The notes under the pieces are model-generated. The model ran no database searches. It was not told the DNA's origin and was given only the letters and a program-made list of their open reading frames with translations. Of a DNA stretch of 64,000 nt, positions 1-8,462 are shown piece by piece. Each line of letters opens with the position of its first letter. Position 1 is the stretch's first letter. Origin of the DNA: Patescibacteria group bacterium (GTDB lineage: Bacteria; Patescibacteriota; Minisyncoccia; Phycocordibacterales; CSBR16-119); NCBI GenBank assembly GCA_052033715.1, contig JBPOJJ010000001.1:1331-65330 (forward strand), given 5' to 3'. Position numbers and translations under genes: made by a program.

Positions 1-1076
1 GTTAGGTTTGGTTTCTTGCCAAAGAATTTCTCGACAGCGTCCTGCATGGCTGGCATGCGAGTCTGACCACCGACGAGAATAACTTCGTTGATATCAGCGA
101 CTTTGAATGGTGACGCTTCCATGGCGCGTTTGGTGATCATAAGAGCCTTGTCGATAAATTCCTGACAAATACTCTCGAGTTCGGCACGCTTCATCGTGCG
201 AACGAGGTGCATCGGTCCAGCTTCGCCCGATGTGATGAACGGGATGTTGATTTCAGTCTCTAGAGCTGTTGAAAGCTCGATTTTGGCCTTCTCAGCAGCA
301 TCATCAAGACGCTGTCGTGCCAGAGGGTCTTTGCGTAGATCGATGCCTTCTTGCTTCAGGAATCCTTCGGCGAGCCAGTTCATGATCGACTGGTCAATGT
401 CCTTGCCGCCCAAGTGAGCGTCGCCATCAGTAGATTTGACCTCGATTGTGTCTTCGGAAACTTCGAGAACGGAAATATCAAAGGTTCCGCCTCCGAAATC
501 GAACACGGCGATTTTCTCGTCTTTCTTTTTATTAAATCCGTAGGCCAAAGCTGCAGCCGTCGGTTCGTTGATGATGCGTTTAACATCGAGTCCCGCGATC
601 TTGCCTGCGTCCTTGGTTGCTTGACGTTGAGCGTCGTTGAAATACGCCGGCACAGTGATGACGGCTTCGGTTACGGTGATCCCGAGCTTCGCTTCGACAT
701 CGGCTTTGATCTTCTGGAGAATCATCGCAGAGATTTCTTCTGGGCGTTTCCAGTCGTCGCCGAACTTTACTTCGATGCCGCCGGTCGAGCCTTTGCGAGT
801 TTCAAATGGAATAGCTTTTATGTCTTTCTGGACCTCCGGTTCGTCAAAGTTGTGGCCGATGAAGCGCTTGATCTGGTAAATCGTGTTTTTCGGATTCGTA
901 ATCGACTGGCGCTTGGCCGTCACACCAACCATCGTGTCGCCGTTTTTCGCAAGCGCAACAATCGATGGCGTCGTGCGCATGCCTTCGGCGTTTTCAATAA
1001 TTTTCGGCTGGCCGCCTTCGATGACAGAAACTGCCGAGTTTGTTGTTCCTAAGTCGATTCCAATTATTTTTGACAT
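1..1076 (-). CDS. dnaK: Chaperone DnaK (Hsp70), 3' part outside window
   Basis: Minus strand reads [22 protein letters not shown] from ATG at 1076, then TVPAYFN and DFGGGT motifs; follows grpE. Confidence 0.97.
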   Translation of the reverse strand, partial: MSKIIGIDLGTTNSAVSVIEGGQPKIIENAEGMRTTPSIVALAKNGDTMVGVTAKRQSITNPKNTIYQIKRFIGHNFDEPEVQKDIKAIPFETRKGSTGGIEVKFGDDWKRPEEISAMILQKIKADVEAKLGITVTEAVITVPAYFNDAQRQATKDAGKIAGLDVKRIINEPTAAALAYGFNKKKDEKIAVFDFGGGTFDISVLEVSEDTIEVKSTDGDAHLGGKDIDQSIMNWLAEGFLKQEGIDLRKDPLARQRLDDAAEKAKIELSTALETEINIPFITSGEAGPMHLVRTMKRAELESICQEFIDKALMITKRAMEASPFKVADINEVILVGGQTRMPAMQDAVEKFFGKKPNL

Positions 1077-1094
1077 AAATGTAATTGATTAAAC

Positions 1095-1652
1095 TTATAA
1101 CTTTTTTATAAAAACTTTTACTTGAGCAGGACGGATGATCGTTTTCTTTGTCTTGTATCCTTTCTGAACTATTTCGGCGATCTGGTGATCCTGCGACTCG
1201 TCTTCTGTTTCTATTTCTTCGACTACATGATGAATTTCGGGATTGAATTTTTCTTTTGCATCTTTTATTTCCTCAACTCCGTTGTTCTCTAGGATTTTCA
1301 GAATCTGATTGTAAATATATTCCACACCTTTACGCCAATTCTCTGAGACGGATTCCCACGAAGCTTTGTTCTTCATCGCCATCTCGAAACTATCAAGCAC
1401 AGGGAGAAGTTCTTCGATAAATCCTTCGACGACGTAACCCTTTAGATCCTTGAGTTGTTCGCCGGAATTCTTCTGGAGGTTCGCATAGTCCGCGAGAGCC
1501 CTCTGCCAGCCATCGAGATTCTTCTGGGATTCATCTTTGGCGGTCTTGAGATCAGATTTTAATTTCTTAATCTTATCCCCAACCGAGAGTTCCCCGTCCT
1601 CATCAGTAAACTCTACTTCTGGTTCAAAATTATCATCATTTTTGTCTAACAT
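1095..1652 (-). CDS. grpE: Nucleotide exchange factor GrpE
   Basis: RALADYANL, LLPVLDSFE, FNPEIH, QKGY...IRPAQVKV; upstream of dnaK. Confidence 0.95.
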   Translation of the reverse strand: MLDKNDDNFEPEVEFTDEDGELSVGDKIKKLKSDLKTAKDESQKNLDGWQRALADYANLQKNSGEQLKDLKGYVVEGFIEELLPVLDSFEMAMKNKASWESVSENWRKGVEYIYNQILKILENNGVEEIKDAKEKFNPEIHHVVEEIETEDESQDHQIAEIVQKGYKTKKTIIRPAQVKVFIKKL

Positions 1653-1683
1653 GGCTTTAGTATAGACTATTTTATAATTTTGA

Positions 1684-1711
1684 CAAGTTTTTCACGACCG
1701 TGGAAAACTTG
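1684..1711. promoter_or_regulatory. 13-bp-arm inverted repeat (candidate operator) between divergent grpE and PaaX-like promoters
   Basis: CAAGTTTTTCACG-AC-CGTGGAAAACTTG, one mismatch; overlaps both predicted -35 boxes. Confidence 0.6.
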
Positions 1712-1743
1712 CTAGTGGGAGTATTATATGTTAGATTTTATTC

Positions 1744-2262
1744 ATGTCAAGAAAAGTTAAAATCCAGGAAGAAATCCTCGAGAAATTGGCCGGTAAAAAA
1801 GCTCTAAATCGCCAAAATTTGACCACAGACACGCCAAAAGACCGCTATGCAATTACTCGCAGTCTCAAGAACCTTTCCGAGGCAGGGCTCATCGAAGAAA
1901 TCGCCACGACTCAATCCTCGTTCCTCCGCCTAACCCCCGAAGGCCGACAGAAACTCCGCTCGATCAAACTCTCGAACCCTACTTCTCTGGTCGACACCCG
2001 CTGGGATGGTTTTTGGCGAATGGTGATTCTCGATATTCCAGAATCACGCAAAAGCGAGCGCGACTCGATCCGCTACATTTTAAAAAAAGCCGGATTTGTT
2101 TGTATGAAAAATTCTGTTTGGATTTCCCCGTTCCCTTTTGAGCATTTGTTCATGAATATAAAAACCGACATGAATCTCAATGACGAGATTATGATTATAG
2201 TCACACAGCATGTTGACCCTGTCACAGAAAAATCTCTAAAAGAAACTTTTAGAATGGAGTAA
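1744..2262 (+). CDS. PaaX-like regulator (winged HTH plus Cas2-like/PaaX central domain)
   Basis: N-terminal wHTH ending LRLTPEGR; WDGFWRMVILDIPE...LKKAGF...NSVWISP signature. Confidence 0.8.
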   Translation: MSRKVKIQEEILEKLAGKKALNRQNLTTDTPKDRYAITRSLKNLSEAGLIEEIATTQSSFLRLTPEGRQKLRSIKLSNPTSLVDTRWDGFWRMVILDIPESRKSERDSIRYILKKAGFVCMKNSVWISPFPFEHLFMNIKTDMNLNDEIMIIVTQHVDPVTEKSLKETFRME

Positions 2263-2421
2263 AAAGAACAAAGGGCATCCGGAAGACCGAACACCCTTTG
2301 CTCCCCCCTTTGGTCCCCAAAACCCTCGGACCAGACTGTCTAAAATCGTGAAAGGTCTTCGACCGATCAAAATCAAGGCCTAGACCCGGACGGTATCAAA
2401 GTGGGAACGAGAACATTCTTA
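2262..2421 (-). ncRNA. Candidate structured ncRNA (rod-like, possibly 6S-like)
   Basis: TATAAT at 2428-2433 (minus), long irregular self-pairing, terminator hairpin with U tract at 2262-2302, only a 6-codon ATG ORF inside. Confidence 0.45.
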
Positions 2422-2486
2422 CAATTAATTATACTCTTATCAAAGACATTGAAAAACCCAAAATATCCTTTATGTGCATAAGTACC

Positions 2487-2527
2487 AAAACGAAAAGGGC
2501 GCCCTGGGAGGACGCCCTTTTCGTTTT
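2487..2527. terminator. Intrinsic terminator (bidirectional shape)
   Basis: AAAACGAAAAGGGCG...CGCCCTTTTCGTTTT. Confidence 0.8.
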
Positions 2528-2541
2528 CTTGTTTATGTGCC

Positions 2542-2925
2542 CTACTCAATTCTGGCAACCGCTTCATCCCACGAAAGCTTGCGCTTAGCGTTCACAGCTT
2601 CTGCGGTAAAGCTGGTGGTGTTGTCGCTGACCCTGGTCAGACGAACCTGGAACTGTTCAGTTGCTGGGCAAATGAACGCCATGTCCAGTACATTTGCACC
2701 CATGGTCGGGGTCTCGGACAGGTGTACATACTGGGACTCACCGTCACTGATGAACACCAGATAGTACTTCTTGTAGCCTGCGGGCGGTTGTTGGTCTAGG
2801 CCGATCACCCTGACCTCCTGCTTGGTCGAATTGATGGTAATGCCACCTAGGGTCTGTTGGGCTAAGACGTTGGTACCGAACGATAGTCCGATCGCAACAA
2901 AGAAAACGAGGAAGAGCTTTTTCAT
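2542..2925 (-). CDS. Secreted hypothetical protein (orphan cassette A)
   Basis: Signal peptide MKKLFLVFFVAIGLSFGTNVLA; promoter TAGACA-17-TATATT at 2952-2980; own terminator. Confidence 0.75.
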   Translation of the reverse strand: MKKLFLVFFVAIGLSFGTNVLAQQTLGGITINSTKQEVRVIGLDQQPPAGYKKYYLVFISDGESQYVHLSETPTMGANVLDMAFICPATEQFQVRLTRVSDNTTSFTAEAVNAKRKLSWDEAVARIE

Positions 2926-2991
2926 TCCGTTGAAGGGTTTGGTTCAATTAAAATATAATCTAAAAAAAATTTATTGTCTATAGTTATCCCC

Positions 2992-3031
2992 AAAAAGCAA
3001 AAACTCCCGATTTCGGGAATTTTTGCTTTTT
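2992..3031. terminator. Terminator of the ribosomal protein/rpoA operon
   Basis: AAAAAGCAAAAACTCCCGA-TT-TCGGGAATTTTTGCTTTTT directly after rpsI stop. Confidence 0.8.
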
Positions 3032-3032
3032 A

Positions 3033-3437
3033 TTATCGTTTTGACCACTGCTTTCTCTTTCGAGCGGCTTGTGCAAGACCAGCCTTTCGTCGTTCGCGTG
3101 AGCGAGGATCTCTTTTTAAGAATCCTGATTTTTTCAAAGGTGTTCGAAGAGTTTCATCAAATTCCACCAAGCATCGAGCGATTCCATGACGAACCGCTTC
3201 GGCTTGAGCATTCATGCCTCCACCATTAACTTTGGCTGAAACAGCAAATTTCTTATCGAGTTTATTTTTCTCAAAAGCTTCGGTGATAACAAACTGCAAA
3301 TCAGCGACCGGGAAATATTCAACCAAGGTCTTGTCGTTAATTATGTATGAAGATTTGGCCGCAGGCGTAAGTCGTATACGCGCAGTTGCAGTTTTGCGGC
3401 GGCCGACAGCTTCAAAATATTTTTCTTTAGTAGTCAT
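3033..3437 (-). CDS. rpsI: 30S ribosomal protein S9
   Basis: GRRKTATAR, GGGMNAQAEAVRHGIAR, RDPR..ERRK, QWSKR. Confidence 0.97.
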   Translation of the reverse strand: MTTKEKYFEAVGRRKTATARIRLTPAAKSSYIINDKTLVEYFPVADLQFVITEAFEKNKLDKKFAVSAKVNGGGMNAQAEAVRHGIARCLVEFDETLRTPLKKSGFLKRDPRSRERRKAGLAQAARKRKQWSKR

Positions 3438-3443
3438 AAATTA

Positions 3444-3788
3444 TTATTCGGTAACTGTTAGATTTTTCATCATTTCTTTGGCAATGCGATTGGCCGGGAG
3501 CATCCCTACGATAGCCAGTCGAAAAGCCTCGCCATATCCTTTCTTTTCGATAACACGCTTTAGCTTTTCAAATTTCAAACCACCTGGGTGACCAGTATAG
3601 CTATCGTATTCTTTGGTTTCCATTTTCACGGTCGAAATATCCGCGAGCGAGGCATTGGTGATGAGAACTTTGTGTTGAGCAACAGTGTTACGTTCAAAAG
3701 CCGGAGTATTTTTACCCATCAAAATTGACGCGGCGTCAGCCGCTACTCGTCCTAACTTTTTGCCTTTTGCATCTATCGTATATTCCAT
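3444..3788 (-). CDS. rplM: 50S ribosomal protein L13 (short form)
   Basis: IDAKGKKLGRVA, LMGKNTP, YTGHPGG, GMLP. Confidence 0.95.
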   Translation of the reverse strand: MEYTIDAKGKKLGRVAADAASILMGKNTPAFERNTVAQHKVLITNASLADISTVKMETKEYDSYTGHPGGLKFEKLKRVIEKKGYGEAFRLAIVGMLPANRIAKEMMKNLTVTE

Positions 3789-3792
3789 AAAA

Positions 3793-4149
3793 TTATTTTA
3801 CAAACTCGATTAAAGCGAGCTTCGCTCCGTCAGACTTTCGTGGTGGAAGTTTTAACACTCGAGTATACCCTCCGTTATTCTCTTTGAATTTAGGCGCGAT
3901 TTCTTCCATTAAGATTTTGGTTTCTTTGGCTTGGTTCATGAGACGAGACAAGATAATTCGTTTGGAAGCCAAGGTTCCGACTTTGGCACGAGTAACGAGC
4001 TTTTCAATAAACGGTCGAAGTTCCTTGGCCTTAGCCTCGGTAGTCTTGATTCGGCCTGCTCTAATAAGGTTAACAGCCAAGCCTTTTAGAAGGGCTCCCC
4101 TTTGAGCTCGATTTCGTCCGAATTTTCTGTTTTTATTGTGATGTCTCAT
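3793..4149 (-). CDS. rplQ: 50S ribosomal protein L17
   Basis: MRHHNKNRKFGR, IKTTEAKAKELR, GGYTRVLK. Confidence 0.97.
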   Translation of the reverse strand: MRHHNKNRKFGRNRAQRGALLKGLAVNLIRAGRIKTTEAKAKELRPFIEKLVTRAKVGTLASKRIILSRLMNQAKETKILMEEIAPKFKENNGGYTRVLKLPPRKSDGAKLALIEFVK

Positions 4150-4168
4150 ATTTTAAACTTGAGTGGTA

Positions 4169-5155
4169 TTACTTTAGCAGAATTCCAAAATTACTCAAGG
4201 TTCGCTTGATTTCCTGTAATCCCTTGTCGCCCATACCCTCGACAGCTAGTAGGTCCTCGCTAGTCTTCCTGGCCATGCCGCCAACTGTTCGGATCTTGGC
4301 ATTTGTCAGGGCATTTAGAGTTCGAGTCGAAAGATTGAGGTCTTCGATACGAGTTTTCATGACTTCTTTTTCTTCTTCGCCCTCGGCAAGTTCTTTTTCA
4401 CTTCGAACGTCTTTGATTTCCTGCTCGACGGCTTCGATAATTGATTCTGGCTTTTCATCCAAGCCCTTGAAGTCGTGGATTGACTGAAGCTGAAGGATCA
4501 TAATTTCGATTGATCGCTCAACGGCTTCGCGTGGAGAATAAGTTCCGTCAGTCTCTACAGACAGGCGTAGGCGATTGTAGTTTGTGGAGTCTCCGACACG
4601 CATGTTTTCAACTTCATACGATACTCGTCGAATTGGTGTGAAAATCGCGTCAACAGCAATGTGTCCGATAGACATTTTTTCTTTCTGGATGTCTTCTTTT
4701 GAAACGTAGCCCAAACCTTTTTGGACATAAATTTCCATATTGAGTTCAGTTTTCTTGTCTGTAATTTCGCAAATATATTGATCTGGTGTGAGGACCTCAA
4801 CCTGACCGGAGATCTCGATATCCTTGGCAGTAACAGCTCCTGCGCCTTTGTATTTCAAAGTAATCATTTGTGGCTCATCACCAATGACTTTAAATCGAAC
4901 TTTTTTCAAGTTCAAAATAATATTCAAAACATCTTCTTTGATGCCATCCATGACAGCAAACTCGTGATCGACGCCGTCAATCTTTAAAGATGTGATTGAT
5001 GCGCCCGGAAGAGACGACAAAATGATTCGTCGAAGAGAGTTACCGAGAGTGTGCCCGTAACCAGGGTAAAGATTGTCTATTTCATAAACACCCTTGTTTC
5101 CAACTTCCTCAACCAGTCGTGGTTTCGATGGCAATATAATATTTGATTCAACCAT
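4169..5155 (-). CDS. rpoA: RNA polymerase alpha subunit
   Basis: GYGHTLGNSLRRIILSSLPG, DAIFTPIRRV, alpha-CTD IEDLNLSTR. Confidence 0.98.
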   Translation of the reverse strand: MVESNIILPSKPRLVEEVGNKGVYEIDNLYPGYGHTLGNSLRRIILSSLPGASITSLKIDGVDHEFAVMDGIKEDVLNIILNLKKVRFKVIGDEPQMITLKYKGAGAVTAKDIEISGQVEVLTPDQYICEITDKKTELNMEIYVQKGLGYVSKEDIQKEKMSIGHIAVDAIFTPIRRVSYEVENMRVGDSTNYNRLRLSVETDGTYSPREAVERSIEIMILQLQSIHDFKGLDEKPESIIEAVEQEIKDVRSEKELAEGEEEKEVMKTRIEDLNLSTRTLNALTNAKIRTVGGMARKTSEDLLAVEGMGDKGLQEIKRTLSNFGILLK

Positions 5156-5188
5156 AGAATTTTTGTTAATAATAATTACTTTTAAATT

Positions 5189-5797
5189 TTAACGACTGTA
5201 GAATTCTAGAACGCGAGCAAAATCCAGGAGTGAGCCTTCGCGAGTCGGATTACTCTTCATAGTTCCTGTCATCGCACCTGGATCGAATGAAAGCCAGGCT
5301 GGATACATGTATTTGTCGAGCTTGTTGGTAAGGTCAGCAAATATGACGCTCTTCTTGCTCCCTTCACGAACCGAGATAACATCTCCTACTTTTAAACGAT
5401 ATGAAGGAACCGTAACTCGCTTGCCGTTGACTAGAAAATGTCCGTGAGAGACCATTTGTCTGGAAGCTTGACGAGAAGGGGCGAGACCCATACGATAGAC
5501 GACGTTATCAAGACGGATTTCCAAAAAGTGCTGCAGGAGTTCGCCGGCATTTCCACCCTTAGTTGAGATTGCCTCTTTGACGTAGTTTGCAAACTGGCGC
5601 TCAGAGACATTGTAGGTGTAACGAATTTTCTGTTTCTCGATCAATTGCTGGCCGTATTCAGAAAGTTGTTTTCGCTTCTTGCCTTTTTCGCCTTTGCCGC
5701 GGCGGGTTTCGGACGCAGTAAACTTCTGCGTTTGGGTTTTATCAAACACAGGTGATCCGAGACGTCTTGCAATTTTATATTTTGGTCCTATTTTCAT
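5189..5797 (-). CDS. rpsD: 30S ribosomal protein S4
   Basis: SEYGQQLIEKQK, LEIRLDNVVYRMG, RQMVSHGH, EFYSR. Confidence 0.97.
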   Translation of the reverse strand: MKIGPKYKIARRLGSPVFDKTQTQKFTASETRRGKGEKGKKRKQLSEYGQQLIEKQKIRYTYNVSERQFANYVKEAISTKGGNAGELLQHFLEIRLDNVVYRMGLAPSRQASRQMVSHGHFLVNGKRVTVPSYRLKVGDVISVREGSKKSVIFADLTNKLDKYMYPAWLSFDPGAMTGTMKSNPTREGSLLDFARVLEFYSR

Positions 5798-5824
5798 AAC
5801 TCAATCATTTAATAATTTTACTTT

Positions 5825-6247
5825 TTATACTCGACGAGGTTTTTTAGGTTTCGGTCCGTTAAAAGGAACTGGTGTCTTGTCTTTGATCGAAAGGATTTCT
5901 ACTCCCCGGGACATAAATGATCTAATAGCTGATTCGCGACCAGTTCCAACACCTTTGACGATAACGTCAGCTTCCTTTAGACCAATGGCTTCAGCTTTTT
6001 CAGCGAGCAAATCCCCCACCTTGGCAGCAGCAAAAGGAGTTCCTTTTTTAGCACCCTTGAATCCGAGAGATCCGGACGAAGACCAGAAGATAACATTGCC
6101 TTTCTTGTCGGCCAAAGAAACTTTGGTGTTATTAAAAGTTGCTTCGACGAAGAGAATGCCTTCAGAGATTTTTCTCTTTGATCCTTTTGAAGCAGACTTT
6201 GCTTTGGATTCGGTTGCGCCAGTTTTTACAATTCGTTTCTTTCCCAT
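5825..6247 (-). CDS. rpsK: 30S ribosomal protein S11
   Basis: ATFNNT, GFKGAKKGTPFAA, GRESAIR, DKTPVPFNG. Confidence 0.97.
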   Translation of the reverse strand: MGKKRIVKTGATESKAKSASKGSKRKISEGILFVEATFNNTKVSLADKKGNVIFWSSSGSLGFKGAKKGTPFAAAKVGDLLAEKAEAIGLKEADVIVKGVGTGRESAIRSFMSRGVEILSIKDKTPVPFNGPKPKKPRRV

Positions 6248-6253
6248 ATTATT

Positions 6254-6634
6254 TTATGTCTTACTTACGGTTACACGTCCAGATGCCATCGTCTTTCGGA
6301 CATTTCCTCTAATGGTTCGAGAGTTGGTTTTAGTTCTCTGGCCGCGAGCTGGAAGGCGTTTAGTGTGACGAGATCCTCGATAAGAACCGATGTCCTTCAA
6401 GCGCTTGATATTGGCGGCGACTTCGCGCTTTAGGTTTCCTTCGATTGTATATTGTTCAACAATCTTTCTTATGTTGTTCTCCTGATCAGTGGTCAAATCT
6501 TTTGATTTTGTACCGTAGTCCAATTTAGCTTCATCTAAAATCTTGCGAGCGCGTGAGCGACCGACACCAAAAAGGACGGTCAAAGACATTTCCAAGCGCT
6601 CGTTATCTTTTATTGTTATACCAGAAATTCTCAT
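6254..6634 (-). CDS. rpsM: 30S ribosomal protein S13
   Basis: MRISGI, YRGSRH...LPARGQRTKTNSRT. Confidence 0.97.
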   Translation of the reverse strand: MRISGITIKDNERLEMSLTVLFGVGRSRARKILDEAKLDYGTKSKDLTTDQENNIRKIVEQYTIEGNLKREVAANIKRLKDIGSYRGSRHTKRLPARGQRTKTNSRTIRGNVRKTMASGRVTVSKT

Positions 6635-6641
6635 ATTTTAA

Positions 6642-6764
6642 TTAACCCTGTCTTGCCTTTCGACGAGGATTCTTCTTGTTTATTCGATAAATTTTACCCC
6701 TTCTTTTGACGAGCTGATCCCCCTGAGATAGAGAGCTTTTTTTAATTGACGCCTTTATTTTCAT
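6642..6764 (-). CDS. rpmJ: 50S ribosomal protein L36, cysteine-free (not in ORF track)
   Basis: Hand translation [40 protein letters not shown]; canonical position between infA and rpsM. Confidence 0.92.
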   Translation of the reverse strand: MKIKASIKKSSLSQGDQLVKRRGKIYRINKKNPRRKARQG

Positions 6765-6875
6765 GATTCGTTTAAAAGACTTTTCAGCTTAAAATTTAAA
6801 ATTAAGGGAAGACCCTCAATATAGGCTTGTAATATTAACTCAAATCCAAAATTAACGCAAGAGGACAACCTTTCT

Positions 6876-7094
6876 TTATAATCTTCTGGAAATCCTGCCC
6901 TTTTCTTGCTGCTCGTCGGTGACCACCTCCACTCGATCCCCAATCATAATCTTGATTCTAAACTTTCGCATCTTGCCAGACAGATATGCCAAGATTATCT
7001 TGCCACCGTCTTCAGACTCGACCCGAAAAGTAGTGTTTGGAAGGGATTCCAATACTGTTCCGGTTACGATTTTCCCTTGATTATTTTCACTCAT
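6876..7094 (-). CDS. infA: Translation initiation factor IF-1
   Basis: ESLPNTTFRV, AYLSGKMRKFRIKIMIGDRV. Confidence 0.96.
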   Translation of the reverse strand: MSENNQGKIVTGTVLESLPNTTFRVESEDGGKIILAYLSGKMRKFRIKIMIGDRVEVVTDEQQEKGRISRRL

Positions 7095-7138
7095 TTAGAA
7101 ACAAACAAATATTAGCACAAAAACTGCCCTGGTCAAGC

Positions 7139-8461
7139 TTATTCTTCAGTTACCTCGAGAGCATTGACTATTCTGATAGCTCGAGCTTTTTCCGGTAAAC
7201 GACTTTTCCAGAAGGGTTTTAGATCAAGTTCAGCCTTGTCGATGTTTTTGAAATGAATCATTTTTGATTCGAAATCTTTTCTTCGAATACCCACAAGAGC
7301 ATTAGTAAGACCTTCTTCATCGATATCCCAAACAACATTGATCTTGTCGCTGATCGTGATTTTGATTGATTCCATTGTAGCGGGATCGCCAATTGCTGTG
7401 GCTGGATCAAGTTCAATATTTAAATCACGAATATTTGAGACTCGAACTTTTTCACGATCTTCATCCGAGACAACTCCAGAGACCAAGGCCTTTGTAAGTT
7501 CTGATTCTTTAAAAATAACGGCATTCATGGTTGCGGCAATTTTGATTGTAGCAGTGGCACCATCGGTCGCAGTCTCAACAACCGGCTCATCAAAATCAAC
7601 CAAAGAAGACTTTTCATAAAAAACAAAACTTTCGGGCAACTGAGCGCGTGCTTTTTCGGAAAGAGACTTGATTAAATCTCCCTTCAAGATCTCAGTTTTG
7701 GATTTTAGTTCCTCGTCAGAAATGTTTGAGGACTGTCCCTTGAAACCGCCGGAGATTTCGGTTGTGGTTTTGGCATAAATTGTGTTGTATTTTGGGCCAC
7801 CCTTGAAGCCAAAGATTTTCAATTCGACATCTTTACCAACATTGTATGATTCTCCCGCCTCGTCGGCATAAACAGCCACGTCAACAGTCCCTGGTACAAG
7901 TTTACCGCCAGACATTTTCTGTCCAGGAACGGTTGTCGCTGTCTTGGTCTTATAAATCTTGCCCGAAGCATCGGTTAATCTGGTGTCAATCAAAAGTTTT
8001 TGTGGACTTGTGCTGTTGTTATTGAAAAGTCGAACTGTTCCTGTAGCTTTTTTCTCGACAAATGTCTCCCCGGTTGAAGCGACCTGAACAGAAGCAACGT
8101 CCTCAACCACCATCATCTGGAAAGTAAGTCCTGTTCGACTAACTTTTTCGGCAACCAGTGGACCAGTGAGTTCCACAGTTCCCTGTCTCGGAGTAACAGT
8201 AACTTCGGCGCCAGCAAAAACATACGTCAGAGCAAGGACCAAGATGATAATTGCAAAAGCAGCGACATACCAAATGCCACGGCCCGAACGATTTGATGGG
8301 TCTTTATAGTCTCGATAAGCAGACTCTTCTTCTCTTTCGATACGTTCCGGTTTCAATAGACCCATTTTCCTCATTCGAATTTCATGTTCGTGGTCAAAAG
8401 CCTCTCGACGTTTTCGTGTTCGAGACGATGGTTTGATGTCGTGTATGTAATTGCGATTCAT
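7139..8461 (-). CDS. CPR-type membrane-anchored protein (baseplate J-like extracellular domain)
   Basis: One TM helix, KATGTVRLFN...TRL...VPG...ADEAGESYN pattern, LKPFW near C-terminus; family call from recollection. Confidence 0.6.
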   Translation of the reverse strand: MNRNYIHDIKPSSRTRKRREAFDHEHEIRMRKMGLLKPERIEREEESAYRDYKDPSNRSGRGIWYVAAFAIIILVLALTYVFAGAEVTVTPRQGTVELTGPLVAEKVSRTGLTFQMMVVEDVASVQVASTGETFVEKKATGTVRLFNNNSTSPQKLLIDTRLTDASGKIYKTKTATTVPGQKMSGGKLVPGTVDVAVYADEAGESYNVGKDVELKIFGFKGGPKYNTIYAKTTTEISGGFKGQSSNISDEELKSKTEILKGDLIKSLSEKARAQLPESFVFYEKSSLVDFDEPVVETATDGATATIKIAATMNAVIFKESELTKALVSGVVSDEDREKVRVSNIRDLNIELDPATAIGDPATMESIKITISDKINVVWDIDEEGLTNALVGIRRKDFESKMIHFKNIDKAELDLKPFWKSRLPEKARAIRIVNALEVTEE

Positions 8462-8462
8462 A

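Noticed and set aside
351-1052. 233-aa plus-strand ORF
   Set aside because: Antisense shadow of dnaK; long antisense ORFs are common opposite Hsp70 genes.
1744-2262. CRISPR Cas2 / CRISPR locus
   Set aside because: Cas2-like domain is fused to a wHTH (PaaX-like); no repeat-spacer array or other cas gene seen in the window.
5679-6368. 229-aa plus-strand ORF
   Set aside because: Antisense to rpsD/rpsK/rpsM.
7139-8461. Prophage, from the baseplate-J-like domain
   Set aside because: No other phage genes; the protein is membrane-anchored and embedded among core genes.
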